Below, one piece after another: positions 24,389 to 31,707 of a stretch of DNA of 31,707 nucleotides; positions within the stretch are counted from its first letter, which is position 1; each line of letters starts with the position of its first letter. Both the position numbers and the translations under genes were made by a program. This DNA comes from a virus. The stretch is taken from UHGV virus genome UHGV-0209292. One strand, 5' to 3'. Below the pieces are notes generated by a model. The model saw only the letters and a program-made list of their open reading frames with translations. It was not told the DNA's origin and searched no databases.

Positions 24389-24739
24389 TTAACTCAGTGG
24401 AATGGTGAGGGAAAAGGGCTGGCCGTTAGCCGAGCGCGTGCCGGTGATATCGACATACAGCCCACAGTCGGTCTCCGACCGCTCAAAGGTGATGGTGGTC
24501 AGCCTGACGCGCGGCTCCCACTTCTGGATCGCGGAATAGCACGCGGCCATAATCTGCAATCGCAGTGCCGGTGTCTGCGGCTGGTCAATCAGTGCCGACA
24601 GAAGCGAGCCGTATTCACGGCGCATGACGCGCGAGCCAACCGGCGTGACGAGAATGTCGCGCACGCTTTGCCTGATATGCTCAACCTCAGTGATACTGAG
24701 GCCGGTCTGGCTGTTCATTCCCAGATAACGCACTGTCAT
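24389..24739 (-). CDS. W: Baseplate wedge protein gpW (gp25-like)
   Basis: 116 aa. P2 gpW is 115 aa. Positioned between V and J. Confidence 0.9.
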   Translation of the reverse strand: MTVRYLGMNSQTGLSITEVEHIRQSVRDILVTPVGSRVMRREYGSLLSALIDQPQTPALRLQIMAACYSAIQKWEPRVRLTTITFERSETDCGLYVDITGTRSANGQPFSLTIPLS

Positions 24740-25371
24740 ATCGGTGCCCCCGTTGTCCCGCCACTGTCGCCCGGGTGTTTATGGAGGTGCAGCACTTTCC
24801 CATTTGACGACAGTGACCCGCCGGTATGCTCGATATTCCCGGACATCGTTCCGCCTTTCTGCACTTCGAGCGTGCCGGTCGTCAGTTTGTTGGTACACAC
24901 CACCTCAGGCGTATCGAGCGTGATGCGGGTCGAGGCCTTCACCAGCACCACCGGCACGGTGGCCGTAATGGAATCCGACGCGGTGACGTCGGCGGTTTTG
25001 ATACCTGACACGGTGAGCGCACTGTTTTCGGGTTCGTACTCAATGACCGCGCCATCAGGGAAAGTAACGTGAAGCGCATCGGGTGAGGCTGACGGCGCGG
25101 GATTGTCATCTGAGAAAATGCCCGGCAGCACAAAGGCCGTATCGAGCTCACCGCCGATGGCCAGCAAAAGCACCTGCTCGCCAACGGATGGAGCCCACCA
25201 CACGCGAGAGCGCCCGGCTCGACAGGTGAGCCAGTTAAGCCAGGTGGTTTGCATGCCGCCGGTCTGGACACGACACAGCCCCTCGTCGAGGTCGACGTCG
25301 GTCACGATGCCGGTGCGGATGAGGTTGCGGATCGCGCGTGCGATTTCCTGTAGAGAATTTAAATTATTCAT
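24736..25371 (-). CDS. V: Baseplate central spike protein gpV
   Basis: 211 aa, the same as P2 gpV, with a C-terminal Gly/Thr-rich spike tip. Confidence 0.9.
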   Translation of the reverse strand: MNNLNSLQEIARAIRNLIRTGIVTDVDLDEGLCRVQTGGMQTTWLNWLTCRAGRSRVWWAPSVGEQVLLLAIGGELDTAFVLPGIFSDDNPAPSASPDALHVTFPDGAVIEYEPENSALTVSGIKTADVTASDSITATVPVVLVKASTRITLDTPEVVCTNKLTTGTLEVQKGGTMSGNIEHTGGSLSSNGKVLHLHKHPGDSGGTTGAPI

Positions 25372-25439
25372 ACGGGAAGGATGCCGCCGGGCAAGGCCAG
25401 CGGCAATTAAGGCGGGTTTTATGAGGGATGGGACAACAA

Positions 25440-25889
25440 TCAGCGGCTAAGATGTTTGATAGTCAGCGTTTCGACGAGCTGTTTATCCGCCTGGCTAAAT
25501 CCGAGTAGCTGGCGCTCTGCGTACTGCACATCCTGAGCGTGTGCGTTTGGCCGGTCTTTGAGGCCGTACTGATGGACACGCGCGATACGCTGCACTTTTC
25601 CGGTAAATTCCACCACAGCACCGTTTTCACGGCCACTGGCTTTCATGTACCGGTTAGTGCGGAGCTTCTGAAACATTGCCCGTTTAATTCGACCTTTTTT
25701 GGCTCTCAGCGGCTGGCGCTTTCGCGCCTGATACGGTGAGCCATCCGGGGCTTTTTGCTGTTTGATACGTTGCTGTTGCGCCGTTCTGAGTTGCTTCGCA
25801 ATCTCACCGGCAAGCTTCCGACGCCCTGCGGATGACAGGGCAGCAAGCAGCCCGGCGAGCTGGTTATCAAAGGGCTTAAATTCACTCAT
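25440..25889 (-). CDS. S: Tail completion protein gpS
   Basis: 149 aa (P2 S is 150), overlapping the R stop by 8 nt. Confidence 0.85.
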   Translation of the reverse strand: MSEFKPFDNQLAGLLAALSSAGRRKLAGEIAKQLRTAQQQRIKQQKAPDGSPYQARKRQPLRAKKGRIKRAMFQKLRTNRYMKASGRENGAVVEFTGKVQRIARVHQYGLKDRPNAHAQDVQYAERQLLGFSQADKQLVETLTIKHLSR

Positions 25890-26349
25890 CCCACTTGCTC
25901 ACCAGTTCGCCGTTGATATAGAGCTCTTTTGGACGCGTGAGGGGTTCAGGCGGTGGCGGCTCCGGGGCATAACTCACATGCAGTGCGCCGTTTTCCTCTT
26001 TGATGAGGGTGCGCTCGGTGAGCTGGAGGCTGATGCTGATATCAACCGTATCCCCGTCGTTTAAATCCATCTCGAAACGGTAGCCCTTTTTACGCCCCCC
26101 ATCGAGCGTGCAGATATCCGGCTGGTTTTCCCTGAGCCACGCGGCCACCGGCACGAAAATCGAATCAGGGTCGCCCACAAAATCACACACGATGACATTC
26201 AGGGTGTAAATTTTCTCGTGGGACAGGGAGGCCGCGAGCCGTGCATCGATATTCCCCTCGTCGGCAAAAATGCGCATCATCTCGGGATTGGTTTTAAGCT
26301 GCGGGACGGCGTCAGTTAGCGCTTTTCGCAGGCTGATTGCTTTCTTCAT
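25882..26349 (-). CDS. R: Tail completion protein gpR
   Basis: 155 aa from MKKAISLRKALTDAVPQLKTNPEMMRIFADEGN..., co-linear with P2 gpR (MLKPDSLRRALTDAVTVLKTNPDMLRIFVDNGS...; 155 aa). The longer ORF-track start is upstream in-frame readthrough. Confidence 0.85.
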   Translation of the reverse strand: MKKAISLRKALTDAVPQLKTNPEMMRIFADEGNIDARLAASLSHEKIYTLNVIVCDFVGDPDSIFVPVAAWLRENQPDICTLDGGRKKGYRFEMDLNDGDTVDISISLQLTERTLIKEENGALHVSYAPEPPPPEPLTRPKELYINGELVSKWDE

Positions 26350-26602
26350 CGAGTTTATCCTGACAGTCTTTGACGGTTTCAATCTGTAACGCGCAGGCGG
26401 CGAGCGCGTGCTCAAGCCTGCGAATATCTGCACTCAGGTCGCCATTAGTGGCCGGGTCGCTTCCCGGCATCGGGCAATAGCTCACTTTCGGGCAGGCGCT
26501 GTAAACAATGACCGGCGGAGGCGCAACCGGCGCGGGTGTGCATCCTGCGCACAACATCAGGCAGCTCAGCGCTGTACCAGCGGCGTAACGTTTCATTTTC
26601 AT
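26312..26602 (-). CDS. lysC: LysC, o-spanin (Rz1-like outer-membrane lipoprotein), embedded in the lysB/R overlap in another frame
   Basis: Signal peptide plus lipobox LCAGC, Pro-rich mature region, and a position inside and after lysB, as for P2 lysC. Confidence 0.7.
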   Translation of the reverse strand: MKMKRYAAGTALSCLMLCAGCTPAPVAPPPVIVYSACPKVSYCPMPGSDPATNGDLSADIRRLEHALAACALQIETVKDCQDKLDEESNQPAKSAN

Positions 26603-26879
26603 TCATCAGCCTCGTAATGGTTTCTTCCCGGCGCACGGCCATCGCACCGGCAGCAATCAGCTCACCACGTAAACTGACCTGTGCGGTTTCATTTCGCCTG
26701 GCGATTCCCTGCGAAACGGAAAGCTGATTTTTCAGCATCCCGATCACGTTTTTCTGTTCGGTCGCGACCTTATTTGCCCGGTCAAAAGAGCGCCGTAGAT
26801 TACCGTTCTCATGCCTTAACCAGAGCACAGCCGCCAGCGCCAGACCTGCGGCAAGCAACATCACAATGAATCTGGACAC
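26445..26879 (-). CDS. lysB: LysB, i-spanin (Rz-like inner-membrane spanin)
   Basis: 144 aa with an N-terminal TM (FIVMLLAAGLALAAVLWL) followed by a coiled-coil periplasmic domain. Directly after lysA. Confidence 0.75.
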   Translation of the reverse strand: MSRFIVMLLAAGLALAAVLWLRHENGNLRRSFDRANKVATEQKNVIGMLKNQLSVSQGIARRNETAQVSLRGELIAAGAMAVRREETITRLMNENETLRRWYSAELPDVVRRMHTRAGCASAGHCLQRLPESELLPDAGKRPGH

Positions 26880-27313
26880 AGCCCCGCCTCCTCAATGCGC
26901 TGACGGTATGAGGTGCGCACCCCCGTAAAGGTCAGGACGCAAATCAGGTAAAGCAGCGCGGTAAAGATCCAGCCAGCACCGAGCAGACACCCTGTGGTTA
27001 CGACAAAAATAATAAGAGACCATGCGCGACGCACCTTTGAGGGCTTGTTGCAGAAAACAGCGCGGAAGATTTTCATTATTCCGGGTTTTACCGGAATACC
27101 TTTCCCCGCATTTCGTAGCCAGTGGTCAAAAACAGCCACACCGGCAAGGCTCGCCGCAATACAGACAACACAGCCAAACAGCGCCCACGCTGCAACAAAA
27201 TTAAGTGCTGCACTTTGCGGCGAAGCCAGCCCCCATAGCAGGAATACAGCCAGCAGGGCATCTAAAATCAGTGAACGTAAAAACTTTTTCATTGAGAAAC
27301 TCCTTTCAGACAA
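26861..27313 (-). CDS. lysA: LysA-like 4-TM lysis-timing membrane protein
   Basis: 150 aa with four hydrophobic segments, directly after the endolysin gene as for P2 lysA. Confidence 0.6.
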   Translation of the reverse strand: MSERSFSMKKFLRSLILDALLAVFLLWGLASPQSAALNFVAAWALFGCVVCIAASLAGVAVFDHWLRNAGKGIPVKPGIMKIFRAVFCNKPSKVRRAWSLIIFVVTTGCLLGAGWIFTALLYLICVLTFTGVRTSYRQRIEEAGLCPDSL

Positions 27314-27801
27314 TAAGCACGCTCACGCGCGCGGCGATTTTCCAGCCCTTTATTGATTGAGCCATTCACATAAACCCAGCGGGTAAGCTGGTCGCACGCC
27401 TGCCACCATTGGTGTTGCTTGATATACGAGACCAGCGTCGACCGGCAGGCCGCGCCGGTTCCCACGTTGAATGAGAAGCTGACCAGCGCGTCGTAAATGT
27501 GCTGCGGCATTTCTACCGGCACGCAGACTGCGAGACGCTTCTCGACGTTCATCACATCTGCGACGAGGTTCGCCGCCGCCTGACGTTCTGTGATTTCCCC
27601 TTTCGGGACGACACCGGCAGTGTGGCCGATGCCTGACGTCCACACTCCCGCGCTGCACTGGTAAGGCGTCAGGCGACAACCTTCGAGGTCGGCAATCAGC
27701 GCCAGCCCCTCGGGCGAGGTGTTAAGCAGACGAAAGTCAGGCATCAGCGCCGCCAGCGCCAGCACTGCGGCCACACTGCAACGTTTAACGATTGATTTCA
27801 C
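27289..27801 (-). CDS. K: Endolysin, GH24 lysozyme with an N-terminal signal-arrest-release (SAR) domain
   Basis: 170 aa. N-terminal weakly hydrophobic Ala/Leu-rich stretch (CSVAAVLALAALM). Catalytic E-8aa-C/D-5aa-T arrangement in LEGCRLTPYQCSAGVWTSGIGHT. Overall similarity to P21 R-type SAR lysozymes. Confidence 0.85.
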   Translation of the reverse strand: MKSIVKRCSVAAVLALAALMPDFRLLNTSPEGLALIADLEGCRLTPYQCSAGVWTSGIGHTAGVVPKGEITERQAAANLVADVMNVEKRLAVCVPVEMPQHIYDALVSFSFNVGTGAACRSTLVSYIKQHQWWQACDQLTRWVYVNGSINKGLENRRARERAYCLKGVSQ

Positions 27802-28006
27802 GAATAGCCCCCTTGTCGAGTCCGAGTGACGTCAGATAGAGGTACGTTTTGCGCTTAAACCAGTAATTCGTAAGCGCGGTAAAAATGGCGCATCCGCCGC
27901 CCACGTAAAGCGCCATCTTTTCGGGCGATATTGCGCCGAGGTACGCCAGCGCGACGGCCAGCCAGTAGGCGATAAACGTGGTGATTTTCTCCATACTTAG
28001 TCCCAT
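27785..28006 (-). CDS. Y: Holin (small 2-TM, probable pinholin partnering the SAR endolysin)
   Basis: 73 aa with two TM segments and a charged C-terminus, immediately upstream of and overlapping the endolysin gene. Confidence 0.65.
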   Translation of the reverse strand: MGLSMEKITTFIAYWLAVALAYLGAISPEKMALYVGGGCAIFTALTNYWFKRKTYLYLTSLGLDKGAIREINR

Positions 28007-28200
28007 AGATTCACCGTTTCGGTTCTGGCCGCGCTGTCGGTCTCGGGCAGTTCAATTGCCGTGCCGTGCGGCAGGATGACGCCGAGCTCAGACAGGCCGG
28101 GATTAGCTTCTAAGACGGTTTCGACCACGCCCTCGGTGCGCCCGTAGTACCGCACACAAATCGCGTCGAGGGTGTCGCCCTGTAGCGCATACGCTTTCAT
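27997..28200 (-). CDS. X: Tail protein gpX (LysM-like)
   Basis: 67 aa from MKAYALQGDTLDAICVRYYGRTEGVVETVLEANPGLSELGVILPHGTAIELPE... versus P2 gpX MKTFALQGDTLDAICVRYYGRTEGVVETVLAANPGLAELG... Its ATG overlaps the L stop (ATGA). Confidence 0.85.
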   Translation of the reverse strand: MKAYALQGDTLDAICVRYYGRTEGVVETVLEANPGLSELGVILPHGTAIELPETDSAARTETVNLWD

Positions 28201-28706
28201 CAGATTTGCCCCACAATGCAGCGCGCTTTGTCCTGGATGCGCGCCACAGACCAGCGCATATCCCGCCACATTTCATCGATAGTGCTGTCGATGCTGTCGG
28301 CTTTTTTGTCACCTCTGGCGGTCGCATCCACGCCGCGAAAACGCTCGTAAAGCGTGGCGGTCGTCATGGCACACACGGCGTTGAAGTAGTGGAAAACACG
28401 CACACTTTCGCCGTCGAGCCTGTCGGTCGGGACATCCGCCAGCGTGGCGTAACCGGCATCGAGCTGACGCTCGCGCCATTCGCCAAGCTCCGCGTTCGTC
28501 TCCGCGATGGCGGTCTTAATTGCCCTGCGCAGGCGCACAGGGGAAACGGTCTGCTCTAACCGCATTTCCTCACGCACGCGCTTCGGGTCAACATCAGGAA
28601 AAAACGGGGTGTTTTTGATTACCGGCTCGCTCACGCCCGGTGGTGGTATCACCACGCCCGGCACATCCTGCGGCTCTTTGTTTTGCTCAATAATCAGCGT
28701 CGTCAT
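28200..28706 (-). CDS. L: Head completion / stabilisation protein gpL
   Basis: 168 aa (P2 L is 169), between M and X. Confidence 0.85.
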   Translation of the reverse strand: MTTLIIEQNKEPQDVPGVVIPPPGVSEPVIKNTPFFPDVDPKRVREEMRLEQTVSPVRLRRAIKTAIAETNAELGEWRERQLDAGYATLADVPTDRLDGESVRVFHYFNAVCAMTTATLYERFRGVDATARGDKKADSIDSTIDEMWRDMRWSVARIQDKARCIVGQI

Positions 28707-28805
28707 GACAACCTCGGGTAATAGGTGGGCGGTGGACGCCGGTCGCAGTCAGGGCAATTGATACCCGCGTTGACCGGCGTGCCGCCCGGCTCGGGGAGCG
28801 CTCGG

Positions 28806-29561
28806 TTAACCTGCGGCTTTTGCCGTCTTTGGTGGACGCCCGCGACGTGCCGCCGGTTTGGCGGCAGGTTTGCGCGTGCGCGGTTTAGTCGTTTTGGTTT
28901 TCGGTGCCGGTTCGGGTTTTGGCCTGAGCTGGCGCTCTAACTGCTCGATATCCTTTTTCACACCGATGGTGCGTTCTAACTGGATCGCACGTTGCAGGTG
29001 CGTCAGCGCCTCGGGCAGTTGATTCGCATCACGCAGGACATAGCCGGTGATTTTGTGCAGCTTCGCGCGCACGATATCGGGCATGTCAGCGCGTTCAGTC
29101 AGCGCAATAGTGTCAAGCAGGTTCGCCAGTTCGACCGGCTGTTTTGCAGCGAGCAGGCGCTGCGCGGACAGTGCCACCTCTTCGGCCAGCAGGTAAGGCG
29201 TCGGACGTCGACCGGTCGGCATGGTCAGGCCATAGGTCATGGCGTAACGGGCAATTTCCAGCGCCCCGGCGATATCGTCAGCATCGAGACGCCACAGCAT
29301 GACCGTCATGACGATGTCATCCTGCGCGCCCTTGCCGTTTGCGAGGACGCCAGCCACCCATGGCAGATAGAACGGCAGCAGCTCACGCTTTTTATCTGCC
29401 TTGCGCTCATTGGATCGGATTTGTTTTAGCGTGCGGTTGTCTGCGGCCAGCTTAACGAGCATCTGCTCATAGGCAGTTGCATTGCGCAGCGGGACAGCAG
29501 CCCGCCGCGCTGTTTCAGAGGCCGAGACCCGCATCATGTGTCGCGCTGCGGGACTCGTCAT
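28806..29561 (-). CDS. M: Terminase small (endonuclease) subunit gpM
   Basis: 251 aa (P2 M is 247), between N and L. Basic Pro/Lys/Arg-rich C-terminal tail. Confidence 0.85.
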   Translation of the reverse strand: MTSPAARHMMRVSASETARRAAVPLRNATAYEQMLVKLAADNRTLKQIRSNERKADKKRELLPFYLPWVAGVLANGKGAQDDIVMTVMLWRLDADDIAGALEIARYAMTYGLTMPTGRRPTPYLLAEEVALSAQRLLAAKQPVELANLLDTIALTERADMPDIVRAKLHKITGYVLRDANQLPEALTHLQRAIQLERTIGVKKDIEQLERQLRPKPEPAPKTKTTKPRTRKPAAKPAARRGRPPKTAKAAG

Positions 29562-29564
29562 GGC

Positions 29565-30632
29565 TTACTCTCCGCTTTCCGGTGCAGAAGGTGCGGTGAA
29601 GTCACCGAGCTTGATATTTTCAATCAGGCAACCGGCAGCGTATGCCTCGACCACGTAGTCGGTATTCATTGACTCGTAGTTCTCGATGCGGTCTTTCTTC
29701 GGGTTTTCGATGATGCTGCGGCGATGCGCGTCATCCATGAAGTAGATAGACAGGTTATCGAGACGCGTCACCATCAGGGCATTCGCCGGGAAGTAAGGCA
29801 CGCGCACGGCAGGCAGGTTGCCGATTCGCTTCTGGCTGATGATGATGTCAGCGGCCAGCGACTCACTGTTTTCCTGGTCTTTATTGACGATAGGGAAGTA
29901 TTTATCCGCCATCAGCTTGCGACCGGTGATGACAACCAGCTCCGGGTCATCCTGATAAATCTCATCAATCAGGTTGCCGGTGGCATCCATGACCAGCGCG
30001 TCGAGGTTCGCATAGTCGCCGTTTTTACCCACGCGGATCACATCGGAAATGACCGCGCCATCCTCGTCGGTGATTTTTGACATCACACGCGCTGGCGCTT
30101 CATTGCGGTACTTCTGCAACCAGCCCACCGCCACATCCTGAAGCATCGGATTTTTTTTGCGGTCAGATTTTGCGGCACGCTCAATGCCGTTGAAACCGGC
30201 CATGATGAAATCGAGCGCCTGACGCTTGATAATGGCGTTACGGATACGGGTCTGGAAGTCCTGGAATCGCGCCCACAGGTCGAGCTGCTTATAGCGGATA
30301 TGGAAGTCAAAGTTAATCTGCGCGCATTCGTATTTATTGGACTCCAGCGCAGTAAAATCAGCGGTTTCACGCTCACCGTCGCCGTCGGTATCGGCGGTGC
30401 TCGCGATTGTGCCGTTAACACCCACACCGACCTTTTCGCCTTTCAGCTCGTCGACCGGCACGATGTTGATTTTCGTCAGGAATGAAGATGATTCCTGCAC
30501 GGTGTCCATCATGGTTTGCGTGACCGACGGCTCGACGGTGAATTTCTTCGCCACGTCATCGGTGGAAATGTCGTTCAGCTCCGCGACGCGGGTCAGGTAG
30601 GCATTGAATTTAAAGCGGGTTTGTTTACGCAT
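29565..30632 (-). CDS. N: Major capsid protein gpN
   Basis: 355 aa (P2 N is 357), following the scaffold gene. Confidence 0.9.
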   Translation of the reverse strand: MRKQTRFKFNAYLTRVAELNDISTDDVAKKFTVEPSVTQTMMDTVQESSSFLTKINIVPVDELKGEKVGVGVNGTIASTADTDGDGERETADFTALESNKYECAQINFDFHIRYKQLDLWARFQDFQTRIRNAIIKRQALDFIMAGFNGIERAAKSDRKKNPMLQDVAVGWLQKYRNEAPARVMSKITDEDGAVISDVIRVGKNGDYANLDALVMDATGNLIDEIYQDDPELVVITGRKLMADKYFPIVNKDQENSESLAADIIISQKRIGNLPAVRVPYFPANALMVTRLDNLSIYFMDDAHRRSIIENPKKDRIENYESMNTDYVVEAYAAGCLIENIKLGDFTAPSAPESGE

Positions 30633-30687
30633 GGTTTTTCCTGTTCGGGTAATAGGTATCAGGCCGGGCAGCGCGTCCGGCGGATTA

Positions 30688-31542
30688 TCAGCAGTTGGTC
30701 AGCAGCTCGTCGCCCGTACCACCACGAGAAAGCTCGCGGCGCGGCTGGCGCTGGCTTTCGGTGTTATCGAGGGAGTTTTTGAGGTCGTTAAGCGCCTGCG
30801 CGCTTTCTTCGGCCTTGCTGGTCACGTCCTGCTTAAGCTGAGCCAGTTCGGTCTCAAGCTCGGTGACGCGCTGGTCGGTGGCCGTGAGGTTGGTTTGCAC
30901 CAGCTCGGTGACGGTCGTCACAGCCTCATGCACATCTGCAAGACGTGCGTCGTCGCTGGCCTGTTTACGGCTGAAAATGGCTCTGACCTTGTCGGTCAGG
31001 CTGTTGAGCAGCGTGTCGGGAACGTCTTCAAATTCCAGCTCGGCCAGCGTGGCGGCGGAAAAGACGTTTTCAGGATTGGCCTTAAAGCGCTGTAGCGGGT
31101 TGTGCTTAGCATTGCGGCAGAATTCGAGGTATTCAGTGCCGAGACTTGCCGGGTCATCTGTGACCGCGAGGCCAACAAGGTAGCATTTGCCGGTATTTGC
31201 AAAATTCGGCTGAATTTCCATGGAGGTGTAGACCTTCTGCGAGGCTTTATTCATCGCTACAAGGTCATCGGTCGGAGTGATTTTCGCGAACAACGCCCAT
31301 TTGCCGTTAAGCGCAGAATCGTCGTCAATTTTCTCCGCTTTCAGCTCAACCACATCGCCTAATCGCTTGAAGTCACCGTCTGGAAAGAGACCGCGAATAT
31401 GCTCAAGGTTAATGCGGCAACCGTAGACGCGCGGGTCAAACGATTCGACCATTTCCTGAATGTCGTTACCGCTGATAATTCGGCCATCGCAGGTGTCACC
31501 CTCGACGCCGATGCGAAACCATTTAGAAACTTTCTTTGCCAT
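30688..31542 (-). CDS. O: Capsid scaffolding protein gpO
   Basis: 284 aa (P2 O is 284). First gene of the rightward late operon, divergent from P. Confidence 0.9.
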   Translation of the reverse strand: MAKKVSKWFRIGVEGDTCDGRIISGNDIQEMVESFDPRVYGCRINLEHIRGLFPDGDFKRLGDVVELKAEKIDDDSALNGKWALFAKITPTDDLVAMNKASQKVYTSMEIQPNFANTGKCYLVGLAVTDDPASLGTEYLEFCRNAKHNPLQRFKANPENVFSAATLAELEFEDVPDTLLNSLTDKVRAIFSRKQASDDARLADVHEAVTTVTELVQTNLTATDQRVTELETELAQLKQDVTSKAEESAQALNDLKNSLDNTESQRQPRRELSRGGTGDELLTNC

Positions 31543-31707
31543 TGTTCAGGTGTCCTGATGTTGGGTTTTCGGGTCGGGGTTAGTTTCCCGACTCAGACCC
31601 TCATCAGCCACCTGTTGCGGAAGTGCAATCCCTGACACAACAGGGGTTTAGCGATTAAGCACGGTCATTTCCTTAGCCTTGCCTCGTAACATCAAAACGA
31701 GGTAAGC
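31543..31707. promoter_or_regulatory. Divergent late promoter region (P-O intergenic; continues into position 1 across the circular junction) with the dyad CCTGTTG-N20-CAACAGG
   Basis: 165-bp intergenic region between divergent late operons. Inverted repeat at 31611-31644, and the SD GAGG at 31697-31700 for P. An Ogr-type activator site is expected here, but an exact TGT-N12-ACA was not found. Confidence 0.4.

Noticed and set aside
25372-25439. TGCCGC-N12-GCGGCA inverted repeat between S and V, as a possible Ogr-type late promoter (P2 PV position)
   Set aside because: The position is right for a PV-like promoter, but the half-sites are not TGT/ACA and I cannot verify a -10. It is left as unassigned intergenic symmetry.

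Overview
This window reads as a complete, circularly permuted genome of a temperate P2/186-like myovirus (Peduovirinae) of an enterobacterial host, not an integrated prophage. Evidence for that: an intact attP (arm repeats on both sides of a 46-nt 3' fragment of tRNA-Ile2 ileX/ileY type) lies between int and ogr; a P2-type cos (GGCGAGGCGGGGATAGCAC) is internal, just after Q; and the last bases of the window (..AACGAGGTAAGC) supply a Shine-Dalgarno for the ATG of gene P at position 1. Backbone on the + strand: P, Q, cos. Backbone on the - strand, read from the right end leftwards: O N M L X, lysis cassette (holin, SAR endolysin K, lysA, lysB with lysC embedded), R S V W J I H G, FI FII E/E' T U D, ogr. 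The lysogeny and early region is 186-type: int and CI divergent from apl, cII, small early orfs, a TraR-like zinc finger and A. The rolling-circle initiator A is followed by a LexA-box-controlled Tum-like antirepressor with a DinI-fold C-terminus, so the phage should be SOS-inducible in the manner of 186. Against a roughly 55-60% GC backbone (judged by eye) there are four low-GC accessory insertions at the classical P2-family moron hotspots. (1) A translationally coupled 72-aa plus 271-aa membrane-protein operon sits between tum and cos, the tin/old-equivalent hotspot. (2) A 487-aa protein with a clear PD-(D/E)xK nuclease motif sits between int and attP. (3) A roughly 590-bp insert between the TraR-like gene and A carries mutually exclusive ORFs on the two strands. 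(4) A 40-aa membrane peptide with its own RBS and terminator sits at the G/FI (Z/fun) position, next to a 16-bp perfect inverted repeat that carries GATC sites. Loci (1) and (2) are the best candidates for undescribed anti-phage or abortive-infection cargo. All identifications rest on remembered family similarity plus sequence signals visible in the window; no database searches were run.
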